A DNA stretch of 64,000 nt from Abditibacteriaceae bacterium (GCA_965277285.1 OZ255721.1:2688001-2752000); one strand, 5' to 3'. Positions 19,810-30,084 are shown, numbered from the stretch's first letter. Program-made: numbers and translations. The notes: a model not told the origin generated them from the letters alone.

Positions 19810-19975
19810 TTTCTCTCCCTGTGCTGTCTCTTTGAAATTTTGGTCACGCGCCGTGACGAACGCTCGATGCGCTGGTTCTTTCAATCGTATTCAAGAACAC
19901 GAGAATTCTTCTTGCGACGTTTAGCGCCCCATATTTTATGCGCTCAAACGCGCGGCGTGCGATACTTGGCGCACC

Positions 19976-20623
19976 ATGAACTGGCTTGCGCACCTACTGC
20001 TTTCCGAACCGTCGCCCGCGTTTCGTCTGGGCAACATTCTGCCCGATATGTTGCGCAATCGAGTACTCGAAACCTTGCCGGACGAGTTTCAAAGCGGCAT
20101 TGCGCGCCACAAAGCGATTGATTCCTTCACCGATTCGCACTTTGTGCCCAAACGCAGCATCACGCGCATGAACGCGCCCTTTCGACGTTTCGGCGGCGTC
20201 CTCACCGACGTTTTCTACGACCATTTCCTGACCCGCGATTGGAACACTTACAGCAACATTCCACTCGATAGTTTGGTCGCTGAATTTTACGCATCGTTCG
20301 ACAGTTTTCGTGGTGACATTCCGCTCGAAGTCTTCGGCGCGCTGCAGCGAATGCGCGAGCAAAACTGGCTGGGTTCCTACGGCGACGTGCGCGGCATCGA
20401 AATTACTTTGCAACGCATCAGTTTTCGCTTGAAACGTCCGTTTCCTTTGCAAGAAGCGATTGTTGAACTCGAACGCAACTACGATTTCCTTTCGGATGAC
20501 TTTAACGAGTTTTTCCCGCAACTGATGGCGCACGTTTCAGATAATCATTCAGTCGAAATTGACGCCGTGCATGAAGCAATTGGGATAAACAAATACCAAG
20601 AAGTACGCAAAAGGCATGAGTAG
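19976..20623 (+). CDS. acpH: ACP phosphodiesterase (AcpH-like)
   Basis: MNWLAHLLLS, GN..PD, H.AIDSFTDSH, DVFYDHFL. Confidence 0.85.
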   Translation: MNWLAHLLLSEPSPAFRLGNILPDMLRNRVLETLPDEFQSGIARHKAIDSFTDSHFVPKRSITRMNAPFRRFGGVLTDVFYDHFLTRDWNTYSNIPLDSLVAEFYASFDSFRGDIPLEVFGALQRMREQNWLGSYGDVRGIEITLQRISFRLKRPFPLQEAIVELERNYDFLSDDFNEFFPQLMAHVSDNHSVEIDAVHEAIGINKYQEVRKRHE

Positions 20624-20917
20624 GCAATTCAAGTATAAAACGACGCGAGCGCACATCAGTTTGGCTTTTGTCTGTCGAGCGATGCCAATGGCTTTTGCAG
20701 AAAGGAGAATACCCATCAATGTCCCGATTGTGGACAAAACAAACATATCGCCGACAAAGGGCCAACCAATAACGTTAGCAGAATGTTTCAAAGCGAAATC
20801 ACCAACGAAAACGACCGTTCTCGAAACAAGAGCGGTAGAAAACAAAATCGCATTTACCAATCCAATGCGACAAAAAGATACATCGGACGGCAACCGTTTT
20901 ACTGGTTTTATTTTCAT
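20549..20917 (-). CDS. Small hypothetical membrane protein
   Basis: Three hydrophobic segments directly downstream of rnc; lower GC. Confidence 0.4.
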   Translation of the reverse strand: MKIKPVKRLPSDVSFCRIGLVNAILFSTALVSRTVVFVGDFALKHSANVIGWPFVGDMFVLSTIGTLMGILLSAKAIGIARQTKAKLMCARVVLYLNCLLMPFAYFLVFVYPNCFMHGVNFD

Positions 20918-20926
20918 CTCAAGTCT

Positions 20927-21649
20927 TCAAAATACTGCCTCGTTCATCGCATCAAGCGCCATTTGCGCGGCATTTTCTTCAGCTTCTTTTTTAGTGCGAC
21001 CTTCGCCGCGTCCGCGCACTTCGTCCATCAGAATTACTTGCGATGTGAAAACTTTTCCGCCTTTGCTTTTCGTGGCGGTTTGATATTTCGGCGTTCCCAA
21101 ACCAATAGCTTGCGTTCGTTCTTGCAACAAGTTTTTCACGTTGACGGCGCGTTGTGCGACAGATGCAAGCTCGTCTTCGAGTACTCGAAGTGCGAAATCA
21201 CGCACTTTTTCCAAGTCGCAACTCAGAAAAATCGCGCCAATGACGGCTTCGAGCGCGTCCGCCAAAATCGTGTCGCGCATTCGTCCGCCGCTTTGTTCTT
21301 CGCCTTTGCCAAGAATTAAATACTCGCCTAAACCGAGTTTCTTCGCGGCGCGCGCCAGACTTTCGCCACGAACCGCAGCGGCTTTGTGTTGCGTCAGATC
21401 GCCTTCGGGAAGATTCGGTTCCGTCCGATAAAGATGTTCCGCGACAATCGCGCCGACAATTGTATCGCCCAAAAACTCCAAGCGTTGGTTCGATTTCAGC
21501 GTGCGCGCGATGCCTTCGCCGACAGCGGACGGATGCGTCAACGCCAGCGACAATACTTCGTCGGGAACTTCGGCCTCGAGCAAAATACGAAGCGCATCGA
21601 GTGTTCGAGTACTCGATGCGCTGTTAGGTTGGGAAATGTTGTCTGTCAC
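20927..21649 (-). CDS. rnc: Ribonuclease III
   Basis: ALTHPS, NQRLEFLGD, ADALEAVIGA, C-terminal dsRBD. Confidence 0.95.
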   Translation of the reverse strand: MTDNISQPNSASSTRTLDALRILLEAEVPDEVLSLALTHPSAVGEGIARTLKSNQRLEFLGDTIVGAIVAEHLYRTEPNLPEGDLTQHKAAAVRGESLARAAKKLGLGEYLILGKGEEQSGGRMRDTILADALEAVIGAIFLSCDLEKVRDFALRVLEDELASVAQRAVNVKNLLQERTQAIGLGTPKYQTATKSKGGKVFTSQVILMDEVRGRGEGRTKKEAEENAAQMALDAMNEAVF

Positions 21650-21759
21650 AGAAGGGATTTTAGGTCTTGGATTTTAGATCTTTGGGTGCTTGATATTGAA
21701 AGGTTAATCTCTTGATTTTGGCTTCCCAAAGATCCAAGATCTAAAATCCAAGACCCAGT

Positions 21760-23004
21760 TCATTCGTGCCAACGACGCGCCGCGAGTGTCGCGTTATGGC
21801 CGCCAAAGCCGGACGAGTTGCTGAGTGCGACTTCGATTTCCGCCGGACGCGCGCCTTCGGTCACATAATCCAGATCGCATTCCGGATCAGGAAATTCGTA
21901 GTTGATGGTCGGCGGCAGGATTTGGTCGCGTAAGCCAAGAATCGTCGCAATGAATTCGACGCCACTGCCAGCACCCAGCAAATGCCCGATTTGCGATTTG
22001 GTCGAGGACACCGCAAGTTTCTTCGCGTGTTCGCCAAAAACGCTTTTAATAGCGGTTGTTTCGGTTTTGTCGTTGGTCGGCGTGCTCGTTCCGTGCGCGT
22101 TGATGTATTGCACGTCTTCGGGCTGCAAGTTCGCGTGCTGCAAGGCGAGTTTCATTGAGCCGCCGATGCCGCTGCCATCTTCGGGCATTCCTGTGATGTG
22201 ATACGCATCGCCGTTCATGCCGTGCGAAATCATTTCCGCAATGATTGGCGCGCCGCGTTTCTTCGCCGAAGACAACGATTCGAGAATCAAAATGCCCGCG
22301 CCTTCGCCCATCACGAAACCATCGCGCGTCGCATCAAAAGGACGGCTGGCGCGGCTCGGGTCGTCATTGCGTTTGGACAAAGCGCGCATATTGCCAAAAC
22401 CTGCCAACGCCGAATCGCAAATCGGCGCTTCGGTGCCGCCGGTAATCATGGCGTCCGCATCGCCGCGACGAATGAAATCGAAGGCCGCGCCAATCGAGTG
22501 CGCCGAACTTGTACACGCCGAAACCAGCGTTGTGTTGGGGCCGCGCGCGCCGCTCTGAATCGAGACATGGCCGCTCGCCATGTTCGCAATCATCATCGGA
22601 ATCAGGAAAGGGCTAACGCGATGCGGACCTTTTTCCAACAACGTGCGGTATTCTTTTTCCCACGTCGTCAGGCCGCCGATGCCGCAACCGACGATGACAC
22701 CAACGCGCTCGGAGTTCGAGGCGTCAATCTTCAGTTCGCTGCGGCGCAACGCTTCCTGCGACGCGGCCAGCGCCAAATGCACGAAGCGATCCATGCGACG
22801 CGCTTCTTTGCGGTCGATGTAATCTTCGGCGTTGAAACCGAAGACTTCGCCCGCGAAACGCACGTCGTGCGGGCTGGCGTCAATCAAAGTGATCGGCGCG
22901 ATGCCGCTTTTGGCGGTTTTTACGCCGTCCCAGAAAGCATCAACGCCCACGCCCAACGGCGTCATCGCGCCCACGCCGGTGACAACAACTCTTTCGTAAT
23001 TCAT
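21760..23004 (-). CDS. fabF: 3-oxoacyl-ACP synthase II
   Basis: SACTSS, INAHGTST, KSQIGHLLGA, GFGGHN. Confidence 0.96.
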   Translation of the reverse strand: MNYERVVVTGVGAMTPLGVGVDAFWDGVKTAKSGIAPITLIDASPHDVRFAGEVFGFNAEDYIDRKEARRMDRFVHLALAASQEALRRSELKIDASNSERVGVIVGCGIGGLTTWEKEYRTLLEKGPHRVSPFLIPMMIANMASGHVSIQSGARGPNTTLVSACTSSAHSIGAAFDFIRRGDADAMITGGTEAPICDSALAGFGNMRALSKRNDDPSRASRPFDATRDGFVMGEGAGILILESLSSAKKRGAPIIAEMISHGMNGDAYHITGMPEDGSGIGGSMKLALQHANLQPEDVQYINAHGTSTPTNDKTETTAIKSVFGEHAKKLAVSSTKSQIGHLLGAGSGVEFIATILGLRDQILPPTINYEFPDPECDLDYVTEGARPAEIEVALSNSSGFGGHNATLAARRWHE

Positions 23005-23076
23005 GGTTCAAAAAAGAGTGGTTAGCGGCTGAATTCGAGTACTCGATTCGCAAACCACTAACCACTTTTACAACTG

Positions 23077-23313
23077 TTAGGCTTCCAACTTTTTGTCGAT
23101 GTAAGTGACCGCATCGCCGACAGTCGTAATTTTTTCAGCGTCTTCGTCCGGGATTTCGATCTCGAACTCTTCTTCAAAACGCATCACGAGTTCGACCACA
23201 TCGAGCGAATCGGCGCCCAAATCTTCCACGAAACGCGCCTGCGGCGTCACAATACCCGCGTCCACACTCAGTTCGTCCGCGACAATTTCCTTGACCTTAT
23301 CGGCAGTTGCCAT
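23077..23313 (-). CDS. acpP: Acyl carrier protein
   Basis: [14 protein letters not shown] motif. Confidence 0.96.
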   Translation of the reverse strand: MATADKVKEIVADELSVDAGIVTPQARFVEDLGADSLDVVELVMRFEEEFEIEIPDEDAEKITTVGDAVTYIDKKLEA

Positions 23314-23415
23314 GTTTACTTCCTCCAGAGATTGAGTACTTTTTCAAGTGATAAATGTCGAGCGACAATTGACAAGCAAAATTTGTCACTTGTCGCTCGT
23401 CACCGAAACACCTTT

Positions 23416-24150
23416 CTACATTACCATACCACCGTCCACGTTCAAAACCTGTCCGGTAATATATTTTGCGCTTGCGCTCGCCAAAAATACGACGGCGTCC
23501 GCCACATCGTCGGCTTCGCCCAGTGCACCCAGCGGAATTTGGCCAATCAGCGAGGTTTTCACGTCTTCGCCCAAATCCGCTGTCATGTCAGTCGTGATGA
23601 AGCCGGGCGCAATCGCGTTCACCGTGATGCCGCGACTGCCCAGCTCTTTCGCCACCGATTTTGTAAAACCGATCAATCCGGCTTTGCTGGCCGCATAATT
23701 CGCCTGACCCGCGTTGCCCATTTGCCCGACCACGCTGGTGATATTGATAATGCGCCCGCCCGAACTCTTCAGCATCGGGCGAACTGCCGCTTTGGTGCAC
23801 AAAAACGCGCCGGTCAAATTGGTTTCGAGTACTCGATTCCATTGTTCCAACTTCATGCGAATCAAAAGCGTGTCGTCGGTAATTCCGGCGTTGTTCACCA
23901 AGATGTCAATGCTACCAAACTCCGCGACCGCTTGCTTAAATGCGCTTTCAACCGCCGCGCCATCAGCCACATCAACCGACAGCGACAACGCGCGCCGTCC
24001 CAAAGCTTGAATTTCCTGTGCCAACTCGTCCGGCGCCGTGCGCGCAATCAGAACGCAGTCGGCACCATTTTGCGCCAACTTCAGCGCAATCGCGCGACCG
24101 ATACCGCGCCGCGCTCCGGTAATAATTGCGACTTTGTTTTCCAGAATCAT
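23416..24150 (-). CDS. fabG: 3-oxoacyl-ACP reductase
   Basis: TGARRGIG, NNAGIT, YAASK. Confidence 0.95.
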   Translation of the reverse strand: MILENKVAIITGARRGIGRAIALKLAQNGADCVLIARTAPDELAQEIQALGRRALSLSVDVADGAAVESAFKQAVAEFGSIDILVNNAGITDDTLLIRMKLEQWNRVLETNLTGAFLCTKAAVRPMLKSSGGRIINITSVVGQMGNAGQANYAASKAGLIGFTKSVAKELGSRGITVNAIAPGFITTDMTADLGEDVKTSLIGQIPLGALGEADDVADAVVFLASASAKYITGQVLNVDGGMVM

Positions 24151-24176
24151 AAGGATGGATTAATCTTTGGTAACTT

Positions 24177-24434
24177 CTACAACTCGTACTCGCCTGTCAA
24201 TAATGCCTTTTGCTTCAACGCCTCGCGCACGAAAGTTTTCAAGGCGCCAACTTTATAGAGCGGGACTTCATCAGGAACGTCGATATGAAACTCTTCCTCG
24301 CACCGCATAAACAACTCGACAACATCGAGAGACGCGCCTAAATCGTGAATAAAATCGGCGTCATCCGTAATTTTCTCGCGCGGCACACCAAGTTCTTGCG
24401 CGATCAATTGTTCGATTTTTTCATCAATCTTCAT
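24177..24434 (-). CDS. Second, divergent acyl carrier protein
   Basis: DLGASLDVVELFMRCEEEF.I..PDE similar to AcpP. Confidence 0.8.
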   Translation of the reverse strand: MKIDEKIEQLIAQELGVPREKITDDADFIHDLGASLDVVELFMRCEEEFHIDVPDEVPLYKVGALKTFVREALKQKALLTGEYEL

Positions 24435-24438
24435 CGTG

Positions 24439-25320
24439 CTAATTTTCCGAAGATTGCGTCGTCACGCTTTTATCGATGCGCTTGATCAAACCCGCCAGAA
24501 CTTTGCCCGAACCCAATTCGTGAAACTGCGTGGCGCCGTCGCCAATCATATTACGAACAATTTCCGTCCAACGCACCGGATTTGTCATTTGACGACTCAA
24601 GGCCGCACGCAACTCGTTCGCATCGGTTGTCGCCTGCGCCGTCGTATTTGGATAAACCGCGAAAGCTGCATCCTGAAATGGCGCATCCGCGATCAACTGC
24701 GCCATTTCATCGCCCGCGCTTTTCATCAAAGGCGAATGAAACGCGCCGCTGACGGGCAGACGAACTGCCATCTTTGCGCCATTATTTTTCGCTTCTCTCA
24801 TCGCCGCTTCGACAGCGTTTTCTTCGCCGGAAACCACGATTTGTCCCGGCGAATTAAAGTTGGCGGCCACCACAATGCCGTTGGTTCGCGCGCTTTCGAG
24901 TACTCGATCCAAGTCGTCATCAGCCAGGCCGATAATCGCGGCCATCGTTCCCTGCGGCGCCTGCGACATCAATTCGGCGCGACGTTTAACCAGTTTCATC
25001 GCGGCTTGGAAACTCAACACTTTAGCCGCCACCAGCGCGGCATATTCGCCCAGCGAATGTCCCGCCGCCATCTCAGCCGACAAACCATTCTCGCGCGCTT
25101 CCAGCCACGCCGCCACGCCAACTGTTAAAAGCGCCGGTTGCGCGTGCAAAGTATTCGTCAGCGTTTCTTCGGGGCCATTGAAGCAAAGTTCCACTAAATC
25201 ATAGCCCAAAATCTCATGCGCCTGAGCGAAAAGAGCGCGACACGATTCGCTGCTTTGGAACAGCGTATGTCCCATCCCAACTTTTTGGCTACCCTGACCA
25301 GGAAAAACAATCGCGTTCAT
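24439..25320 (-). CDS. fabD: Malonyl-CoA:ACP transacylase
   Basis: FPGQGSQ, GHSLGE, VSGAFHS. Confidence 0.96.
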   Translation of the reverse strand: MNAIVFPGQGSQKVGMGHTLFQSSESCRALFAQAHEILGYDLVELCFNGPEETLTNTLHAQPALLTVGVAAWLEARENGLSAEMAAGHSLGEYAALVAAKVLSFQAAMKLVKRRAELMSQAPQGTMAAIIGLADDDLDRVLESARTNGIVVAANFNSPGQIVVSGEENAVEAAMREAKNNGAKMAVRLPVSGAFHSPLMKSAGDEMAQLIADAPFQDAAFAVYPNTTAQATTDANELRAALSRQMTNPVRWTEIVRNMIGDGATQFHELGSGKVLAGLIKRIDKSVTTQSSEN

Positions 25321-25344
25321 ATCGGAAATCGAGTACTCGAAAGG

Positions 25345-25914
25345 TTACTTCTTCGCCTTGATAATGTAATGGTACGGCCCGACATCGCGCAACTCGTCCA
25401 CGGAAAATCCAGCGTTTTCGACCATCGTTTTAGCATCATCTGGCTCTAAACGTTGCGTGTTCGGCGGCCCGGGTTGCGATTCTTCGTCTGCCCAATTCCA
25501 CTCGATCAAGGCCAGGGTTCCGCCGCTTTTGAGGACGCGAAAAACTTCGCCCAAATGTTTCTCAGGCTCCGCACATTCGTGCAAAACATTGGCGTGAAAC
25601 ACGGCATCGGCTTCGCCTTCATCCAACTCAAATTCGTTTTCGCGGCATGGCAACGTCAAAATTCTTTCCCAGTTTCCACGTTTGGCGCGCAAAATCTGCA
25701 ACATCGCGGGCTGCATATCCAACGCGTAAACCATGCCGCGAGGCCGCACCGCGCGCTCCAATTCAAAAGTGAACCAACCCGTTCCGCAACCGATTTCCGC
25801 CACACGCGAACCTGCCGCAATGCCCGCCGCTTGGACAATCTCACGCGGATTGTTCCAATTCAAGCGTTCAGCGACATCCAAACGCGCCGCGTTTTGTGGA
25901 TCAAACTTAGTCAT
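25345..25914 (-). CDS. Class I SAM-dependent methyltransferase
   Basis: VAEIGCGTG, YALDMQ, VLKSGG. Confidence 0.85.
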   Translation of the reverse strand: MTKFDPQNAARLDVAERLNWNNPREIVQAAGIAAGSRVAEIGCGTGWFTFELERAVRPRGMVYALDMQPAMLQILRAKRGNWERILTLPCRENEFELDEGEADAVFHANVLHECAEPEKHLGEVFRVLKSGGTLALIEWNWADEESQPGPPNTQRLEPDDAKTMVENAGFSVDELRDVGPYHYIIKAKK

Positions 25915-25965
25915 TTCTGATGAATCTAAATTAACTGCCAAGAAACTGTGAATCGAGTACTCGAA

Positions 25966-26146
25966 ACTCACAGTTTGTCATTCTGAGAGGTTGTATAGAA
26001 AGTTGTGGAATGGAGCCAAAAACGCTCGAAACTTGTAGTTTGTCATGCTGCGCGCAGCGAAGAATCTGATTGAGGTTAGATTCTTCGCTGCGCGCAGAAT
26101 GACAAACTGCGAGTTCGATAACTTTTCCTAATTTCTGCACATTGTC
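25966..26146. repeat. IS-end-like sequence plus TGTC-tagged REP doublet
   Basis: TGTCATTCTGA|GAGGTTGTATAGAAAG ... TGTCATGCTGCGCGCAGCGAAGAATCT...AGATTCTTCGCTGCGCGCAGAATGACA. Confidence 0.75.
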
Positions 26147-26201
26147 AAAATGGCACACATAACTTGCAATTCTACGGGCGTCTTAGCGGTTCCTAAACTT
26201 T

Positions 26202-27209
26202 TCAATACCAGCGCAAAACGCAACTGCTCCACGCCAAGCCGCCGCCGAAACCGACCGTCACTACAACATCATCGCGCTTGATGTGACCTTGCTGGCGCGC
26301 TTCGGCGAGCGCAATTGGAATCGTCGCCGCGTCAGTGTTGCCGTATTTTTGCAAGTTGACGAAGACTTTTTCCATCGGCAAACCCAGGCGATGTGCAGCC
26401 GATTCAATAATGCGAATGTTCGCCTGATGCGGCACCAATAAATCGACATCTTCAGGGGGAACGCCGCTTTTTTCCAGTGCACGAACGGCGCTTTCGCCCA
26501 TCACATGAACCGCGAATTTGTAAACCTCGCGCCCGTTCTGATAAATGCGACGATCTTGCGTTTGTTCGCCCAACGGCGTCGCTTTTTCGTAGTGCGGCGC
26601 GAAACGTTCGACCTTGAGCAGATCGGCGCCCGAACCATCGGAACCCATGTCCATGCCCAACAAACCGTAGCCTTGAGGCACGCGCCCGACCACAACCGCG
26701 CCCGCGCCATCTCCAAACAGCACGCACGTATTACGATCCGTCCAATCTGTAATGCGCGACAGCACATCGGCGCCAATCACCAGAACGTTGCGACACACGC
26801 CGTTCTGCACGAACTGCGCGCCCGTCGCCAGCGCATATGTAAAACCAGCGCACGCCGCCGATAAATCGAAGGCACCGCAACTGGCGCCCAGAGCGTATTG
26901 CACTTGCGACGCAGTCGATGGAAAAGGCGCGTCCGGCGTGCTTGTCGCCACGACAACCAGATCAATGTCGCCTGCCGTCAATTGCGCATCTTCCAGAGCG
27001 CGACGCGCGGCACGTTCGGCTAAAATCGCGGTCGTTTCATCCGGCGCGGCGATGTGGCGCTCGCCAATGCCAGTCCGTGAACGAATCCACTCATCGGTCG
27101 TGGCGACCAACTCGGCGACTTCGGCGTTTGTGAGTACTCGTTCGGGCAGGAACGCGCCCGCGCCAACGATGCCCGCCGCATAACGTGTTTGTTCTGGAAA
27201 AGAAGTCAA
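26202..27209 (-). CDS. fabH: 3-oxoacyl-ACP synthase III (start approximate)
   Basis: AACAGF, LFGDGAGA, PHQAN, YGNT, GFGGG. Confidence 0.93.
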   Translation of the reverse strand: MTSFPEQTRYAAGIVGAGAFLPERVLTNAEVAELVATTDEWIRSRTGIGERHIAAPDETTAILAERAARRALEDAQLTAGDIDLVVVATSTPDAPFPSTASQVQYALGASCGAFDLSAACAGFTYALATGAQFVQNGVCRNVLVIGADVLSRITDWTDRNTCVLFGDGAGAVVVGRVPQGYGLLGMDMGSDGSGADLLKVERFAPHYEKATPLGEQTQDRRIYQNGREVYKFAVHVMGESAVRALEKSGVPPEDVDLLVPHQANIRIIESAAHRLGLPMEKVFVNLQKYGNTDAATIPIALAEARQQGHIKRDDVVVTVGFGGGLAWSSCVLRWY

Positions 27210-27249
27210 AGTTTTCGCTACTTTCAAAACCTGGAGATCACGCAAAAGT

Positions 27250-28422
27250 TCAGGCCGCAGAAGATAACGGCGGCTCTTCGTCTTCGCGCTCTTGCTGCGC
27301 GCTTTTGCGCTCCGTACTTTTCTGCTCTTCGCTTTGGCGCTCTTCATTGCTGCGCTCTTCGCTGCGCGACGTTGCAATTGTCGTTTGCTCGATGGTTTCC
27401 CGAATCGTCTGGACGACATTCGATTCGACGATTTGCTTGGCGATGCGAATTGCAGAGTGAATGGAGCGCGCATCGGCGCTGCCATGCGAAATAACACAAA
27501 CGCCGTTGACGCCCAGCAAAAGCGCGCCGCCATACGCTGTATAATCGAGCTTGGCTTTCATGCCCTGCAACGAAGGCTGCAGCAACAACGCGCCCACTTT
27601 GGCTCGTCCCGAACTTAGCAGCGCATTTTTCAGTTCCGCCGAAAACATCTTCGCCAAGCCTTCGGCGACTTTCAAAACAACATTTCCGACGAAACCGTCA
27701 CACACCATCACTTCGACCGTTCCCGCGCCCAGATCGCGCCCTTCGACGTTGCCATGAAACTCGTAATGCCCGATCTCCGCATTATCCCGAATCAGGCCGA
27801 ACGCGGCTTTTGTCAATTCGTTGCCTTTGCCTTCTTCTTCACCAATGGAAAGCAATCCGACTTTGGGTAATTCGCCGTGTGCCAAGCAACCGCCGCTTCC
27901 GGGAATAATACCTTTGACAGTGCGCGCATAAGCGGCACCCATAATCGCAAATTCGGCCAACTGGCGCGGTTTGCAATCGACGTTCGCACCGGCATCCATC
28001 AAAACAATGGGATCTTGGGCGGTTGGAAAAACCGTCGCAATGCCGGGACGATCAATGCCTTTGATGCGCTTGAGAATAAACAGCGCGTGCGTTGAAGCCG
28101 CGCCCGTATTGCCTGCCGATAAAACCGCGTCCGCTTCACCGTTGGCATGAAGTTTCGTGGCGACGGCGAGCGAAGAATCAGTTTTCTTGCGCAACGCCTG
28201 CATCGGCGCTTCATCCATTTCGACGATCTGGCTGGCGTGACGAATCGTTACGCGCGACGACACATTTCCATGCGAAACATCGCGTGGCAAGCATGCGCGA
28301 ATTGCGGCTTCGTCGCCGACCAGAATGACGTCGATGTCGAAGTCGCGTGCGGCCTGGCACGCGCCCTTGACAATTTCGCCGGGCGCGCGGTCGCCGCCCA
28401 TCGCATCAATGGCGATTCGCAT
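27250..28422 (-). CDS. plsX: Phosphate acyltransferase
   Basis: MRIAIDAMGGD, SAGNTGA, DAGAN, GNVEG, CDGFVGN, HGS. Confidence 0.96.
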   Translation of the reverse strand: MRIAIDAMGGDRAPGEIVKGACQAARDFDIDVILVGDEAAIRACLPRDVSHGNVSSRVTIRHASQIVEMDEAPMQALRKKTDSSLAVATKLHANGEADAVLSAGNTGAASTHALFILKRIKGIDRPGIATVFPTAQDPIVLMDAGANVDCKPRQLAEFAIMGAAYARTVKGIIPGSGGCLAHGELPKVGLLSIGEEEGKGNELTKAAFGLIRDNAEIGHYEFHGNVEGRDLGAGTVEVMVCDGFVGNVVLKVAEGLAKMFSAELKNALLSSGRAKVGALLLQPSLQGMKAKLDYTAYGGALLLGVNGVCVISHGSADARSIHSAIRIAKQIVESNVVQTIRETIEQTTIATSRSEERSNEERQSEEQKSTERKSAQQEREDEEPPLSSAA

Positions 28423-28511
28423 AAAGGAAAAGCGATGAGCGATGCGAACTGAAGATCGAGTACTCGATTGGAATACTCATCGCTCAGTCTCGTTCGCTCA
28501 TCGCTTGATAT

Positions 28512-28718
28512 TTACTCGGCGGGCGGCAATTGCGCGCCACGATTGCGGATCGTCAAAATCTGGCGACCATTGTAAACGCCACAAATGGTGCAAACGCGAT
28601 GCGGCAAAATCGTCGCACTGCAAGACGGGCAGGTCGTTGTCGTCAGTTTCGCCGCTTTCCAGTTCGCGCGGCGAGTGCGCACGCGAGCGTGCGATTTACG
28701 TCTCTTCGGGAGTGCCAT
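28512..28718 (-). CDS. rpmF: 50S ribosomal protein L32
   Basis: MALPKRRKS and CxxC..PH.VCxxCG. Confidence 0.95.
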   Translation of the reverse strand: MALPKRRKSHARVRTRRANWKAAKLTTTTCPSCSATILPHRVCTICGVYNGRQILTIRNRGAQLPPAE

Positions 28719-29226
28719 TTTGTTCCTTCTTGTTCCAGTTCTTCAGGGCCGCGAGACGCAAGTCTTCGCCCGTTTCCACATACTTTTCGGCTTCCGGCAA
28801 ACCGGCGCAATCTTCACTGCACAGCGGCTTTATCGGCGATTGCAGCACAATCGCCTGGCGAATCAATTCCAAAACATCCAGCGAATGATCGTCAAAAAGG
28901 CTGGATATTTCTTCGTCCGCTTCTTCTTCGTCCATTTCGCCAGCCGCGTTAGGAATCAGCGCGCGAAAAAAACTCATCGGCGCGACCGCTTCCAATTCCA
29001 ACTCCACAGGCTGCGCGAATTCCTTCAAACAGCGCGCGCACTGCATCGTGACCGAAGTTTGGGCGTTGCCACCGACAACGATGTTTTGACGCGCATTGGT
29101 CGCGCGCACGACACCAATCGTTGGTTCGACCAGATCGATGTCGTCCAGCGTGAGCGGCGCGAGATTGATCGCTCGTTCCACGGTTTTGCCCGGCGTGCGC
29201 AACACATCCGTCAAGTCCAGATACAT
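28696..29226 (-). CDS. DUF177/YceD family protein
   Basis: CARCL and PLCSEDC.GL; canonical position upstream of rpmF. Confidence 0.9.
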   Translation of the reverse strand: MYLDLTDVLRTPGKTVERAINLAPLTLDDIDLVEPTIGVVRATNARQNIVVGGNAQTSVTMQCARCLKEFAQPVELELEAVAPMSFFRALIPNAAGEMDEEEADEEISSLFDDHSLDVLELIRQAIVLQSPIKPLCSEDCAGLPEAEKYVETGEDLRLAALKNWNKKEQNGTPEET

Positions 29227-29463
29227 CGTTTGCTTCGCCCGCCTTTAGCAATCGCTTTAGGCAACTGATTTGAACAGTTGCTTTTGCCGCAACCGCTTCA
29301 CTTTCCCCAAACCAGAAACTCGCATTGAAAAAGTTGCCGAATTGGAATTTTAGAAGTCGGCGCGCCTTTTGTCAAGTTCCCAGCCTTTGCAAGACGTTTT
29401 GCAAGGCGCTTTGACGAACACAAAATCCGTCAATCGAGTACTCGATTCTCGTTTTTACGCACG

Positions 29464-29496
29464 AAAAAGTCCGGCTTCACCGCGAAGCCGGACTTT
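29464..29496 (-). terminator. Intrinsic terminator
   Basis: AAAAAGTCCGGCTTC...GAAGCCGGACTTT just downstream of the 29512 stop. Confidence 0.7.
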
Positions 29497-29511
29497 GAAA
29501 ACAAAGGGCAA

Positions 29512-30084
29512 TTAGTCGAGCGAATCGTTACCGTCGTGATGGCGCGAGCGATCCGAACCTGAAGTTTCGGGATAAATGTTGCCGCTGTTATAGCGGTTGC
29601 TATTATAGCCTTTGTTGTAGGTGTTGCTGTAGCTGTTGTTAGAACGGTTGTAATTATAACCGTTATTGTAGCTGTTGTTACGGTTGTAACCATTGTTGTT
29701 ATCGTGGGGATAACCGTTGTAGCCACCGCCGTTGTAGCCACCGCCGTTGTAGCTACCACTGTTGTAAGCATAGCCATAGCTATTATCGTAACGGTTGTTA
29801 TAGCCGTAATTGTTGTTGTACCCATCACGGCGATGGTGACGCCAGTAATCGTCGCGCGTTTCCTGGCCTTTCGAGTAAGCGTAGTAAGCGCCAGCGCCAG
29901 CGATAACGGCAGGAAGCGTTTTGCCTTGCGAACCCAAAATGATACCAGCAACGCCCAAGCCAATAGCAGCGTTGTCGTATTGTTCGCGGCTGGTAGCCTG
30001 CGCACTTGTCGCGGTCAAGCCGGAAAGGGCGATGACGCCGCCCGCCAACAATACCATGCCACGCATTTTTGTTTGAGTTTTCAT
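29512..30084 (-). CDS. Exported Asn/Tyr/Gly-rich low-complexity protein
   Basis: Signal-like N-terminus, glycine-zipper-like segment, YNGGG/YNN repeats; followed by a terminator. Confidence 0.75.
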   Translation of the reverse strand: MKTQTKMRGMVLLAGGVIALSGLTATSAQATSREQYDNAAIGLGVAGIILGSQGKTLPAVIAGAGAYYAYSKGQETRDDYWRHHRRDGYNNNYGYNNRYDNSYGYAYNSGSYNGGGYNGGGYNGYPHDNNNGYNRNNSYNNGYNYNRSNNSYSNTYNKGYNSNRYNSGNIYPETSGSDRSRHHDGNDSLD

